The notes: generated from the letters alone by a model not told the origin. A DNA stretch of 64,000 nt from Octopus sinensis (GCF_006345805.1 NC_043004.1:93434001-93498000), one strand, 5' to 3'; positions 12,231 to 26,499 are shown, numbered from the stretch's first letter. Translations and numbers: made by a program.

Positions 12231-14451
12231 CCTCTGAGCAGGTATCGCCAAGCTTTTGGCAAGATTTTATGCAGATTCTCTGCTCAACTTTCTCTCACAT
12301 GGTCACACGCTACACACCTTCCTACCAAGCACTGCTGTGAACAGCGAAAGTGGGCTAGAATGTTAAAATTAGTGCGCATGCGCAACAGAGCTCAAGATCA
12401 ATCTGTGCTAAGCAGCTTCACTCTGCGTGCTTTAACTTCATTACTACAGCAGCTATCCGGATACTTATGGATCAGACCACGTAAAAGGAACAAAAACGCA
12501 ATAGAGGACAATAAATCATTCGGACAGATAGACGATACAAAGGCGGACAAGAGAAACAACAATTAGAAGGACAGTCAAGTACCAGAAGTCATGACCATTT
12601 CGGACAATTACATTTGAGATGGTTCGATCTGGTTGCCCCCAAAAAAGTCTAAGCTAAGAGCATTAGACCCCTTTGTAAGAAAGCTAGCGAATGTGTACGG
12701 AAACAAAGACAAAACACAAGAACATGGAACAGAATTACGAATACAATCAACAAGAAATAACAACAGGTGTCTTTCGACTGAGAACGAATCAAATTGAGCT
12801 GGCGTGTATGAAGTGAAAGCCTAAAGGCAGGAACATAGGAGAAGGACATAAGAGGTGTTAGCGGTCGACAGTCAGGTCAAGGAAGAAAGATCATGGCTGG
12901 CTGGACACCGGTCACGTGGAAGGAGGAGAGATGGGTAGGGGGCAGCGGGATTGAAGGATTAGAAAAAATCAGAGACAGAGGGAAAGGTATAGGGGAGATA
13001 AACGAGTGGGAAAAGGTGGAGTTAAAGAAAGAGAAGGCCAAGAAATGTGAGAGAGAGGGGTAGCGTGAAAAAGAAAAAAGGAAGGGAGAGGGGGACAAAA
13101 AGATAGGGTAAGAGTCGTACAAAATTTAGATACACACATACTGTAAGCTTAGCACAATTGTGTACGTACGCCGCTATATGTATATATAAATAAAAAAAAT
13201 AAAAAAAGGAACAAAAACGCAATAGAGGACAATAAAACATTCAGACAGTTAGACGATACAAAGGTGGACAAGAGAAACAACAATTAGAAGGACAGGTAAG
13301 AAAAGACAGGTCATTCGGCGCCTTCTTTTATATATATATATATATTTATATACAAACATACCTTCTCAGTGAAACTCAATATACCTACCATTATAGATAA
13401 TACTAAATGTACCTTTTCGGATTTTTCTTAATGTGATGTAAGTCTTTGGTATAGTAATTGTATGTGACTGAAGAGAGCTTTAAACCATCCTTTATGTCGA
13501 TTATATATTGATGTAAAAAATAGGTTGTTTTTATAAAGCTTGAAACATGTGTACCGCGACATCCTTTGTGTTTTGTTTTTTATTTCATTTGATGCATATA
13601 TATATGTATATATTAGACATGTTAGCCAGTTTGTACATACACTTATATATATATATATATATATATATATTATGATACTTATGTATTTATGTATATATAT
13701 TTAATCCAACTTCTGGACTTCTTTAATTGGAACTAATAAATAGTAATATTAAATGCATGAAAATAATGGTGGATATGAATGCATTGTCTGAAATGGTATT
13801 GATAACGCTTTCTGGATTAAAGAAAGACAACCGTACCTTTTGGTTGCTTAAAGGAGAACGCATTTTTATAGCATTTCTGGTAGACCTCCTTTCCTCCGGA
13901 CATTTTCATTCTTTATTTCCTAGCTTAAACCCACATACAGTTGGTCATGCTGGAATACTGGTTACTCAAGCAAGATAAATTAAGACATTCTGATGGTCTT
14001 TCTTTGTGCTTTGTGTATAGTAATTGCAAAACATGACTGTATCGGTTCGTTTAACGAAAACATATTCATGTTTAGTAATCATAACAATAATAGCTGGAGA
14101 ATCTAATCGTAGCAAAAACCAACAGGTCTTTGCTATGGTTAAATTCTCCAGCTATTTTTGTTCAATCATCCGTGTTCCAAATAAAGGGATCTAAGTGTGT
14201 GTGCGATGGATTCTTCTCTTGTCGCGAACGACAAATGAGGGTTCAGTAAAACAAAGCGTTAATCCAGTTCTACGGGTACGAACGCGTCTCTTGAGGCCTG
14301 TTGGTGCCTTGCAAACCTTTTGGCAAATGGGACAAAAGTTGAGAATTCAGTTTATTTCAGTGGTTGTGGAACATTCACTATTCTTGAGTGAACAGCAAGG
14401 CCTGCTTTGCTCAGTGTCACAAAGCCACAATGACAGGTGTACGTGTGTATG

Positions 14452-14490
<39 letters not shown>

Positions 14491-14761
14491 TGTGTGTGTG
14501 TGGTGTGTGTGTGTGTGTGTCTGTGTCTGTGTCTGTATCTGTGTCTTCGTCTGTGTGTGCGTGCACGTGTATTTATATAAACAATTTACCGCTTTCTCAA
14601 GCTGGGTCATTCACAACTGCCTAAAGCCCAACCCAGACTGGAACTCACAACAGACAGTCAACTTATGGTGTAATAAGCCTAGCTATCGATTCTACAAAAC
14701 GTATTGGGTTTTCTGTACTATGTTAAAGATATTTTTTAAAATATATTTTACTACTCTTATT

Positions 14762-15300
14762 TCGTGATTTGGGTCGATTATATCGACCCCAGTACACAAC
14801 TGGTACTTAATTCATCGACCCCGAAAGGATGAAAGGCAAAATCGACCTTGGCGGAATTTGAATTCAGAACGTAAAGACAGACGAAATATCTATTTCTTTA
14901 CTGCCCACAAGGGGCTACACAAAGAGGGGACAAACAAGGACAGACAAACGGATTAAGTCGATTATATCGACCCCAGTACGTAACTGGTACTTATTTAATC
15001 GACCCCGAAACGATGAAAGGCAAAGTCAACCTCGGCGGAATTTGAACTCAGAACGTAGTCGCAGACAAAATACCTACTTCTTTACTACCCACAAGAGGCT
15101 AAATACAGAGGGGACAAACAAGGACAAACGGATTAAGTCGATTATATCGATCCCAGTACGTAACTGGTACTTATTTAATCGACCCTGAAACGATGAAAAG
15201 CAAAGTCGACCTCGGCGGAATTTAAACTCAGAACGTAGCGGCAGACGAAATACCTTTAAGCACTTCGCCTGGCGTGCTAACGATTCTTCCAGCTCATTGC
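14762..15300 (-). mobile_element. SINE family C, tandem body x3
   Basis: Reverse complement of the 9045-9605 units. Further copies at about 20136-20362 (+) and 21915-22130 (-), and many degenerate pieces inside STX5 introns. Confidence 0.8.
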
Positions 15301-16867
15301 CTTTGAGCACGTGTAAGATTAGTATATATTTGTGTATACATCTACATAGACATGTGTTGAGATACGTGGGTAACTCTAAGCAGGGATATGTCAGTGTCTG
15401 TATGTATTTATATGCAATACGTGTTGAGGTAAGATACAACTTTCTTTGGGAGTTTATGCCTACACGCGTGTGGATCATATATCTAGATATATTTGTGTAC
15501 GTTGCTTGAATGAAAATATATATATCAAAGTATAGTACTTTCTCCCCCATAACGCTCTCCTCGACCTCACTCTCTCTCTTTCTCTCTCTCGGTGCAAGCC
15601 TGTCTAGAAATTGTTGGTATAGATAAACCTAGTAGGTATACGTCGTTATGGTAGAGTGGTTGTTCAATTATATGAAGGTATAATACCAATCTAGTTGCTA
15701 ACGTATCAAATTACAGATCAGGCTGTCTCCAATATTCTTCAATCAGATTTCATATCATATAATTTCAGTTCGAATTGAACCATTTTCGTATTAACGTCGG
15801 TCAATTTTAAAATGCTCGGGCATTCTATTTCAGATAATATTAAGATATACTGTAACTTAACACTCACGTATTAGGTTTAACTATACAATGATTGATTTAT
15901 TTTAGGACAATTTAGTTTGGTTGGGAAGCACAAGAACAGAAGTTGGTCATATCATATTCGTATGCCGTTTTCTACTTCTCCATCCGCTGTTTAACGTTGT
16001 ACAACTTGCTCAGCCTACGTTCTTAAACCCAGCAAAAAAAAAGATACGTGTTCAGCATTCTCAGAGTGTACCCACTTGGTGTGAAGAAGACCAAGATCGC
16101 CAAGGTTCTCTACTTCCATCTCCACTTCACTCCACCCCCCTCTCTCTCTCTGTCTCTCTCTCTCTCTCTCTTTCTCAGACACACACATATATTAATATTT
16201 GACAGAAGCAACAGAGTGACTCAAGTGCCGAGAGTTTCTGACGTTGGCACTTATCAAATATACGTACATCAAAATATACATATACACATCATTTTGAATT
16301 CTGTTTTTTTTTTCTGTTTGCATCACCACACACACACACACACACACCACACACCACACACGCATATAAGTCATTTAATACGTCTTTGTCGGTCTTAGTT
16401 GTTCAAATACATACAACTGGCTACTCAGAGTTATTTCCCTTAGTTTATTTTCATTTCACTTATGAAATTATCTAAGCTATAAATGCTATTTTTTAAATAT
16501 ATTTTTTGTATACGTTAAAGTGTCTCCTTTGCTACAGATAAATAGGATAACTGCTGCGCCGATGACGACTTTTGAGAAAGAAACATGAGTTCTCTTCAGA
16601 GAATCAAATTGGTTTGTGTTTTTTCTTTTTTTTCCCCTTGTCAGTTATGGAGGCCTTTTTATTCTTGAGGTTTCGAATTGATATCAATTGCCACAAAATG
16701 GTTGTTCTAACCTCCAGAATTTATCTTTACATGATTTAAATATGCTCTTACTCGCTCTTGTTTCCAAACACAAGCCACTAACCACACTGAGTTATTTATC
16801 TTAACTCATTTTTCGTTTCAAAGGTGTGTATGAGTATGTAAGAGCGTGTATATATATGTGTGTATAT

Positions 16868-16899
<32 letters not shown>

Positions 16900-16920
16900 C
16901 ATATACACACATAGATAGCC

Positions 16921-16959
<39 letters not shown>

Positions 16960-17099
16960 CTAACTATATGTATATATATATATATAATATATATATGCTT
17001 ATGTATATTATATAATATATATATATATATATATATGCTTACGTATATATATATATATATATACATACAAACATATATATATATATATTATATATACGT

Positions 17100-17990
17100 T
17101 TGGCTGCCAGCATTTTAAAAGCTGAAGTTTATCGAAGATTTTAAAATTTGGCACATTAATGTAGTTTTCCAAGCTGAAGTGCTGGAGTTATTTCAGTTTT
17201 TCTAGAAAAATGTTTTTAGAAAGTTAAAGAGTTTTAAAGTTTGATCATTTTCACCCAGTCAGGAAACAGGATTTGGAAGCCGTCATTGACGCGTTGTCAG
17301 TATTTATATTCTACTCGAGGAAATCGAGTAAACAAAACGTCTTTTGTCGCTTGAAGCACAAGTTGTTATTTTTAGTACCAACTGGATGACGAAGCAAGTC
17401 CTCCGCACATATTTCCCTAAAATAGCTGCTATAATCAACAGTTGTGCAATGGTTCTTCCTCAGTTCTTCAACACCGGACTGAAATCAATTCCTTAACCCA
17501 TGAGTAAAGGAAAAGCACCACAGTCCGAAGAGGAAGGTTGCCACCTCACACAATGTGTCTTTCCTCACTGACACATACTCCATGCATTCTTGGCGTGAGC
17601 ATCGTCAGTACACATTCCCACCACGTCTTCTTGTACTTATAACATGCTTCTTCCTTTTTACATAATTCTCTTTCGGGTATAACGCCCTTTTCTTGTAGAT
17701 ACAATATTGCATCCTCCTCTGTTCTCAGTGTTTCCATCATAAACGCGAGGATACCGGAGCTTGCTACCATTATCAAACAGATCGGTAAAATTTCCAGTTG
17801 GATAAAACAGTAGAACACCACCGTCAACAAGTGGCTTCAATGTATTTGTCAAAAGATGCTTTCTGGCAGACAAAAGTATTCTCATGTTCCGCTTGTTACT
17901 ATGGAAACAGGCATGAATGTGTCTGTAGCTTCCGATTGGCTGAGATTACCCAAAATTTTCAATCTGTAATCTTTATCTATTGAATTATGG
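17100..17990 (-). mobile_element. Probable Merlin/IS1016-like DNA transposon remnant
   Basis: METLRTEEDAILYLQEKGVIPERELC...WWEC resembles the Merlin N-terminal Zn-ribbon region; frameshifted. Family call is tentative. Confidence 0.45.
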
Positions 17991-18051
17991 CGAAAATTCG
18001 AACAGAAATTGACACTGGCAATCAAACAGAAAAGATCCTAAATATGTATGT

Positions 18052-18104
<53 letters not shown>

Positions 18105-18902
18105 CATACATACATACATACACACATGTATGTATGTATGTATGTAGTATGTATGTATGTATGATGTATGTATGTATGTATGTAGTATGTATGTGTGTGT
18201 ATGTGTGAGTGTGTATGTGTTTGTGTGTGTTTGTATATAATGTGTTATGTGTGTATGTATATATTAAGTCGACCTCTAGCTCTCCTCTCCCTGTCTCTGT
18301 CTGTCTGTCTCTGTCTCTGTCTCTCTGTCTCTCTCTGTCTCTCTCTCTCTCTCCAGTACCCTAAAACGAAACGTCTTGTCATCATTAAAGCTGTAAAAGT
18401 TTAGTGAGTCTGTCTGGAAGAGTTGAAACACCTTCCCCGTTTACAGATAACGTGATGTATACGCGAGATTACGAACCCGATTAAATATGTGACATGCTTA
18501 TAAACCCCAGCCACATAAGAACAATAAATCAGACGACACGTTCGGAACGGAATGACGTTGACTTCTGCTGTAACTTGTTGAATGAAATAAGCTGTAAAAT
18601 GTCTAACAGTCGATCATATTCGCTTCTCTTTTTTTCTTCCTTTCCTTTCCTACTATAACAGCACTACCAACATTAACACCGCTACCAGTGGCTCACGGCA
18701 CGTCACGTAAACTGTAACCCCAGCCAGTGAAAAGGAATAGTTACGTGACTAGAGTATGAAGTTAAACTAATAGTCAAGATTCGTGGTGATAGATGATAGC
18801 CTTATAGAGAATTTGATTGATATTTGCCGCTAATGCTGTCTGACGTGTTCATGTATTTACTACTGTATAGCAAACAGAAGCCAGACATTTCGATATATTC
18901 AA

Positions 18903-19600
18903 ATGTATGTATGGCTATATGTGTTTCTTTTTGTATGTATGTATGTATGTATGTATGTATGTATGTATGTATGTATGTATGTATGTATGTATGTATGTGT
19001 GTGTGTGTGTGTGTGTGTATGTGTGTATGTGTGTATGTGTGTATGTATGTATGTATGTATGTATGTATGTATGTATTTATGTATATATGTATGTGTGTAT
19101 GTGTGTGTATATGTATGTATGTGTGCATGAATGTATGTATGTGAGTATGTGTGTATGCGTGCATGTGTGTGTGTATGTATATATCTATGTATGTATGTAT
19201 GTGTGTATGTATGTATGTATGTGTGTATGTGTGTATGTGTGTATGTATGTATGCATGTGTGTATGTATGTATGCATGTGTGTATGTATGTATGTGTGTAT
19301 GTATATATGTGTGCATGTGTGTATGTATGTGTGTATGTATATGTGTGTATGCATGCATGTGTATATGTGTGTGTGTATGTATGTATGTATGTATGTATGT
19401 ATGTATGTGTGTATGTATGAATGTATGTATGTGTGCGTGTATGTATGTATGCGTGTATGTATGTATGCATGTATGTATGTATGTATGTATGTATGTATGT
19501 ATGTATGTGTGTGTGCATGTGTATGTGTGTATGAATGTATGTGTGTATGTCTGTATGTATGTATGTGTGTATGTGTTTGTGTGTGTGTGTGTGTACGTAT
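18903..19600. repeat. Compound (TATG)n/(TG)n microsatellite
   Basis: Seen directly. Similar arrays at 18040-18260 and 21204-21668. Confidence 0.95.
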
Positions 19601-19607
19601 GCAGGTA

Positions 19608-19930
19608 ATGAAGGTGCGTGGCTTAGTGGTAGAAGTAGTTGGCTCACGATCGCAAGGTCGTGATTTCGATTTCGGTGGCGCGTTGTGTGCTTGAACAAGA
19701 CACTTTATTTCATATTGCTCCAGTCCTCTCAGCTGGCCAAAATAAGTTGTATTCGTAACTCAAAGGGCCTGCCTTGTCCCATTCTGCGTTACGCTAAATC
19801 TCCCTAAGAACTACGTGAAGGGTACACGTGTCTGTGGAGCACTCGGCCACTTGCACGTTAATTTCACGAGCAGGCTGTTTGTTGATCGAATCAATTGGAA
19901 CACTTGTCGTCGTAACCGACGGAGAGCCAG
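19608..19930 (+). mobile_element. Older tRNA-derived SINE sharing the family-A 3' half
   Basis: Different tRNA-like head and central segment, but the same gaactacgtgaagggtacacgtgtctgtggag...cgtaaccgacggag 3' region. Related copy at about 29292-29606 (minus strand). Confidence 0.75.
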
Positions 19931-19989
19931 TTCTTTTTTTGTATTTTTTTTTTATATATATTTTCTTTCTCTTCTCAATTTAGAATAAA

Positions 19990-20900
19990 TTTTGACCGAC
20001 TACCTGCTCACTAGCAAGGTTGTGAAAGCGAGCATTGCTTTATTCGCTGTCCTTTAAATCTTAAGGTTTTGCAGATTTTTATAGTTTCAGATATCGTGAT
20101 CATTTGTAGAATAAAAATTAAAGATTTGCATTAAGGCGGCGAGTGGCAGAAGCGTTAGCACCCCGGGCGAAATGCGTAGCCGTATTTCGTCTGCCGTTAC
20201 GTTCTGAGTTCAAATCCGCCAAGGTCGACTTTGCCTTTCATCATTTCGGGGTCGATAAATTAAGTACCAGTTACGCACGGGGTCGATATAATCGAATTAA
20301 TCCGTTTGTCTGTCCTTGTTTGTCCCCTCTGTGTTTAGCCCCTTGTGGGTAATAAAGAAATAAGAATTAAGGATTTGCATTCTCGCTCCAAGACCCCAAG
20401 TTCAGCCATACTTTGCTTCAGATGAGTTGGTATGAATCCTGTTGTACCAAAAATAATAGGTATGAAGCTGGAAGTGTATTTCGAGTACTGGATTTCCAAA
20501 CTCTTTATCAATGGTTCATAGATGTCTTCTTCCTCTTATTTATTTATTTATTTATTTGTTTGTTTGTTTGTTGTTTGTATGTATGTATGCATGTATGTCT
20601 CTTCTATTTCTTAATTATTATAAATCTTTCACTGAAGAGGGAGCCGGTTTCCAGCAAAGATACAAGGCTTCATCTTTGGAATGCAGTTAACACAGACAAA
20701 TTCCCATTTGGAACTTGAGAAAAGTCTCGCATATTTTTACTGTTCCATTCACAGATTGCACTTGTAATGTACAAATTAGCCGGTCTATTCTCCGTTAAGC
20801 ATTTACTAACAAAACCTAGTGCTCCAATTATTATTGGTATGAATATGAATTCATAGTCTGGATATACAAGCTGAAGGTTTCGAAGCAGTTGTCCATAGAC
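19990..20900 (-). mobile_element. 3' fragments of an RLE-type non-LTR retrotransposon (interrupted by a family C SINE)
   Basis: YGQLLRNLQLVYPDYEFIFIPIIIGALGFV resembles the restriction-like endonuclease C-terminus (PIIIGALG). Confidence 0.6.
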
Positions 20901-21203
20901 ATCCTCTTTTTTTTCTTTTTTTTTTTTGATTTTCAAAGAGATATTTATATCTGCAGGGCAGCTAACCTCTATGATGGTACGTACCTTTGCCCCTCTGTCC
21001 CAAATAGCAATACCCAGCCTGTTATGTTGGCATTCGATAGAAGTTTTGATGGGAATATTCCACCAGTATTCCTTCAGTTGGTGTTTATGAATTTATTCCG
21101 TAACAGAGTACATGTTCTAAGTTTATTTCAGGACAGTCTTTTTTTTTGTGGATGGTGTTGTAAATTGTTTTAGCAACATCGTGCCGCACAGGGAGGTAGT
21201 ACT

Positions 21204-21668
21204 GTATGTATGTATGTATGTATGTATGTATGTATGTATGTATGTATGTATGTATGTATGTATGTATGTATGTGTGTGTGTATGAATGTATGTATGTATG
21301 TATGTATGCATGTATGTATGCATGTATGTGTGTCTGTGTATGTATGTATGTGTGTCTGTATGTATGTATGTATGTATGTATGTATGTATGTACGTATGTA
21401 TGTATGTATGTATGTATGTATTATGTGAATGTATGTGTGTATGTATGTATTCATGCATGTATGTATGTATGTATGTATGTATGTATGTATGTATGTATGA
21501 ATGTATGTATGTATGTATGTATGTATGTGTGTGTGTATGAATGTATGTATGTATGTATGCATGTATGTATGCATGTATGTGTGTCTGTGTATGTATGTAT
21601 GTGTGTCTGTATGTATGTATGTATGTATGTACGTATGTATGTATTATGTGAATGTATGTGTGTATGTA
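21204..21668. repeat. (TATG)n compound microsatellite with higher-order duplication
   Basis: The variant block tgtgtgtgtgtatgaatgtatg...ttatgtgaatgtatgtgtg occurs twice. Confidence 0.9.
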
Positions 21669-21729
21669 TATATTAACGGTTATCGAAGTTAAATTTTTCG
21701 TTAACGGATTAACGGTTAATGAAGTTAAT

Positions 21730-22230
21730 TTTTCGATGCTTTGTTCATCGTCCTTTAAATCTTAAGAAGATCTTGCACATTCTTACTGTCCAAGATATCG
21801 AAATCATTTGTAGCGTATGAACTAAGGAATTGTATTCTCCCTCCAATGACCCAAATTAAGCCATACTTTGCTCTAGACGAGTTGATATATATCCTCTTGC
21901 TCTAATAATAATAATCATTTCTACTGTAGGCACAAGGCCTGAAATTTGTGGGAAGGAGATAGTCCATTATATCGACCCCAGTGCGTAACTGATACTTATT
22001 CATCGTCCCCGAAAGGATGAAAGGCAAAGTCGACCTCGGCGAAATTTGAACTCAGAACGTAGCGGCAGATGAAATACCGCTAAGCTTTTAGGCCCGGCGT
22101 GCTAACGAGTCTACCAGCTCGCCGCCTTACTCTAATAAAAATAATGATAGGTATGAAATTGAAAGCGTATCTTGGATACCGGATTTGCACACTCCTCAAC
22201 AATGGTTCCATATACGCTGTCTATCTCTTG
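21730..22230 (-). mobile_element. Second 3' fragment of a related RLE-type retrotransposon, independently interrupted by a family C SINE
   Basis: Homologous to 19990-20520 (gtcctttaaatcttaag, agccatactttgct); reads ...LQMISISWTVRMCKIFLRFK. Confidence 0.55.
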
Positions 22231-22336
22231 TATTTTCCATAAAAACGCATATTTTTCTCTAGCGGGCCCCACACAACAATAACTAATCAGTCGTGTCCTA
22301 ATACTATGGCTGTTTTAATTTTTAGTTCTAACACTA

Positions 22337-22555
22337 TGAGGAGATGCTGAAAAGTTCCTGGTTTTAAGGGTGTCGCGAAAGGCCTGGTTGGAGGTCCAAC
22401 CTTTCGAGTTCTTTTTACAGGACTTAGAAAAACTGAAAAACCGCTGCAATAAGTGTATGAATCTGAGAGGGGAATATGTTGAATAAAGTCATTATTAACT
22501 GATCCTCAGGTATTTTCTTATACACATAGCCAGGAATTTTTTAGGTACACCTTCG
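22337..22555 (+). mobile_element. Internally deleted mariner (MITE-like)
   Basis: TA-flanked imperfect TIRs (tgaggagatgctgaaaagttcctgg / ccaggaattttttaggtacaccttcg); carries the transposase end NKCMNLRGEYVE*. Confidence 0.7.
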
Positions 22556-23003
22556 TATTCTTTTCACCAATCGGACACAGTATAGTCAACTTTGTGTCAA
22601 ATTAGTTTCTTTATTTTTATTCTGTTCCAGACTATTCTTGCTACTGAATCATGTCTCATTGGAAGATAATATTTAGGTAAGACTAAATGTGTGCCAGCAG
22701 AACTGTGATCCCTTGATTTTCATAATTCAAAAGTGGCTGACGGAGAATTCCCCGTCCAAGAAACACCATCAACGCAAAACTTCTAGCTTTCTTGATCTGA
22801 ACCTCATGGGCTTAGCTACATACTATATTAAGCGGGTCGTCGAAAAAGTAGACCAAACGGTAGATCCATAATACAAAAGACTGGCTGCCATTGTATACGT
22901 AATGAGCAACAGTGAACAAGACCCACCTGATTCTTGCATGTAGTGGCTTCCGTACTAGCACCGAGGCCATCGGTGAGGCTGAGAAAGGTTTCCCCTCACA
23001 AAA

Positions 23004-23042
<39 letters not shown>

Positions 23043-23060
23043 AACCCTGTCTCTATAAGG

Positions 23061-24200
23061 CAGTGGTTCCCAAACATTTTTTTCTCTGGGTCGCATTTTC
23101 GGAATGAAAATATTTTCGCGCCTCATCAAACTTTATGTGTTAAAAAGTACGTTTAAATTTTTTTTAAAAACGACTGACAGTGCGATAAATATAATAATTA
23201 ATACTGTTAATAATATGAATAAAGTACATAAATTTAATGAAAGGTATGAGCTTGATTTTGACGAGTAATCTTCTTTATGTTAGGCCTAATTTGAGATAAA
23301 CAAACTCTCATCTCCTCATCAGCACAGAAAATTTTCCCTTTTTTGGTTTTTGATGTTTGTCAGAACTGAAGATCCTTGTTCAGAGTAATATGTCGTGGAG
23401 AACTGTAGAAGAATGGATAACGCTTTTGAAGAAACACATGGATATTGTTTCTGGCTATATATCCAAAAAGAGTCCAATAATATTTTAAATTTTGAAATCA
23501 CATTTATTTTTGGCATATGAATGTTTTGAAACCGTTTCTAAATCATCCTCTCTTCCGCCACATCACTGTTATAAGGTATGATAGGATTGAACAAGCATAT
23601 CATTGTTCTAAAAGTATATTGCTATTTTTTTTTCTGTTTAATGTTTTTCCCCCTTTATTTCATTTCGTTCATATACACACACACGTAAAGACGCGCACGT
23701 ACGCACGCGTGTACACGCATATACAAAGCGTTCGAAAAATTCAATATTCAATATTTTGTCATTAATTCTTGATATTGGATGTTTGTTAAGCACAGTTTAC
23801 AACATGGATTTTTCTTTCAAGTTTGCCCAAATTCTTATGTAACTTGGATTATGTGAACTGTACAAGCTCACAGAAGAACCCAGAGTAAAAAAAAATCAAT
23901 ATTTTCTGATTAATGCTTGAAAATTTATCGATATTGGATATTCGTTAAATACGATAATAACATAAAAGTTTTCGCTAAATTTTCCTCAAAATCTCTTCAT
24001 ATTGTTGTGAATTTTGATGATATAAACTGTACCAGCTGACGGTTAATCCGTGAATACTTCCAATATCTTGTTAATATTTTATTCTCCGTCTCTCTGATCA
24101 CTTCACGATTTCAATAGAATCCTTAGAAGATCTAAGAACCGGTTATTTACATCTCCCTCCATAGAAAATATCAGTCGTATTGGAAGTGAATCGATCTTCT
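23061..24200 (-). mobile_element. hAT (Charlie/Buster-like) transposon remnant
   Basis: TIR cagtggttcccaaac; LDSFWI..QYPCVSSKALSILLQFSTTYYSEQGSSVLTNIK matches the hAT C-terminal dimerisation domain. Confidence 0.8.
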
Positions 24201-25059
24201 CCACTAGGTTCTGTTCTCAGTTATTTCAGTCCAGTTACAGGTATCTATACCAAATTCATGTTACATTCAGCCATTTTCTTGTATCTCAGCAGAGGCCAAA
24301 CCCGAGTTTTTTTGTCTTTTGTACAACTAAACGTAAAGATGCGTGGATTGTTGATTAGGATGTTCAACCTGGATTATAATGCCATATATTTAATACCTCG
24401 ACAGGGCGGCAACATATGTCGTTGAGCAAAGCACTTCATTTCACGTTGGTCCTGCCTACTCAACTGAAAATTGATATCACTTAAGTACTGGCGGCACAGC
24501 TTGCTCTCCCTCTCTCTTCTCTCTCTCTAGCTTCCACATCCTGGATGTGCTGCTGAGTCACATAATGAAATAGTCAAGCGGTTGTCTATGTCTGTTGGTG
24601 ACTACATCAGCATCTGAAAAACAGTAGTTCTCAACCATGGTCCATGTGATCTCTGGGGGTCCATATAAGTTTTTTTTTTCTGGCGGGGTGGGGGACACGC
24701 AGGCAAAATAGCAATATTTCACGTAGGTTCTTTGTTCTTGTCCATGAAAAAAATCATAGACTACGGCATACATGTGATCACAAAAACACAAATTTCACAA
24801 CTTGCGAAGTAAACACAGCGATGCACTCGGCACACAGTCACGTGAAGGTCGCTGCTAGTTCTCACAGCGCACGCAACCGCGTGCTGTCATCTGTTGGCGC
24901 GCTACAGAACTATATATATACGAGTAACGAAGATGTACAAGTGTTAATTCATTACGGCCGTTTCAAGCGACTCCTTTAATTGATTAATGAAAACATTACA
25001 TCAACTGAATCTTTATATATATAGGGAACGTTTACACACACACATATATATATATAACC

Positions 25060-25245
25060 ATATGTGAATCGTTGGCGATTTTCTTCCTTCGTCTTCTTTT
25101 CTATCGGACTTTTCTCTGTTTCTGAAGAAGTGCATTGCACGAAACGTTAAATCATCTCTTTCCTTCCCTGAGCGTCTACTAATATTTTTTACATGTACCA
25201 CGTCCTCACGTTGTTGTTTGTTTGTTGTTCTTTTTGGGGATAGAT
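25060..25245 (+). mobile_element. Diverged third copy of the hammerhead-bearing short element
   Basis: Reverse-complement homology to 2036-2225 (ccacgtcctc..gttgttg, ctgagcgtc, cgttgg.gatttt); followed by (TA)n. Confidence 0.6.
25118..25152 (+). ncRNA. Minimal type-I hammerhead ribozyme motif (copy 3, canonical core)
   Basis: GUUU-CUGAAGA-A-GUGC(AUU)GCAC-GAAAC-GUU-AAAU. Canonical CUGANGA/GAAA core; stem II covaries relative to copies 1 and 2. Confidence 0.78.
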
Positions 25246-25537
25246 ATATATATATATATACATATAGGGAACGTGTATATACTCTTTGCCTTTTTCTTTT
25301 TTTACTTGCTTCAGTCATTTGACTCCTGTCATGCTTGAGCATCGCCTTTACTCGAACCGCTAAGTTACGGGTGTCAAGTGATGGGAAACAAACAAACATA
25401 TATATGTGTATATATATACATACACACACACACACACGCAGTGGGACTGAACCCGGAAGCATGTGGGTGGTAAGCAAGCTACTTACCACACAGCCATCCT
25501 GCGCCTATATGAATGAATATATATATATATATATATC

Positions 25538-25570
<33 letters not shown>

Positions 25571-25627
25571 TATATATATATACATTTATATAGGGAACGT
25601 GAATATGAACGAACATTATATACAAAT

Positions 25628-25683
<56 letters not shown>

Positions 25684-25909
25684 TATATATATATACACAC
25701 ACATTAATTCATATATTCTTGTGTGTGTACATGTTGTGTCATTCGCTGTACGCAGCTGCAATAGATTAAGGTTTAATGAGGAGTGGATTTCGAAGTCTTA
25801 AATTATGCCCTACACTTGTCAATTGTCAAGAATTATTACAACAGCGTGTACTCGTGAGTACGCACGTACGTGTGCGCCTTTATGTATATACGTGCGCTAT
25901 ATATGTACG

Positions 25910-25951
<42 letters not shown>

Positions 25952-26375
25952 GATAGATAGATAGTTAGATATTACAGCTGCAGCTTATTAATTCATACAT
26001 ATATAATATGCAATCATTTTGTTGATGGTAAGATAACGAACGTGTGAAGCTATATATACTCAGGTCTTATCTTATAATCCGCGGCTATATATATATATGT
26101 ATGTATGTTTTCGTGAGTGTGTGTGCCTGCGCAGACATACTACTTATAACTATATTAAAGTCCCAGGAAGAGCGAACTGAAAAATGAGTAACGCTGCGAT
26201 GGACTGGCGTCCCGTCTAGCTGGGGAACACATACGCCATTGAAACCGGGAAGTGGACTGGAGCAACGTTAAATGAAGTGTTTTGCTCAAGAACACAACGC
26301 GTCCCCGGTCCAGGAATCGAAACCACAATCTTACGATCATGATGCTGACACCCTAACCACTAGGCCACGCGCCTC

Positions 26376-26440
<65 letters not shown>

Positions 26441-26451
26441 ATATATATATA

Positions 26452-26499
<48 letters not shown>

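Noticed and set aside
12585-12625. Possible hammerhead relic on the minus strand (CAU...GUCC-GAAAUGGUC-AUG)
   Set aside because: The CUGANGA core and half of stem II are not recoverable; too degenerate.
18802-19698. 298-aa and other long ORFs (HTYI/MYVC repeats), likewise 21123-21692
   Set aside because: Artefacts of (TATG)n/(TG)n microsatellites.
22700-22990. Possible Penelope-like coding remnant (also 13727-13978)
   Set aside because: Only vague resemblance; no diagnostic RT or GIY-YIG motif can be read.
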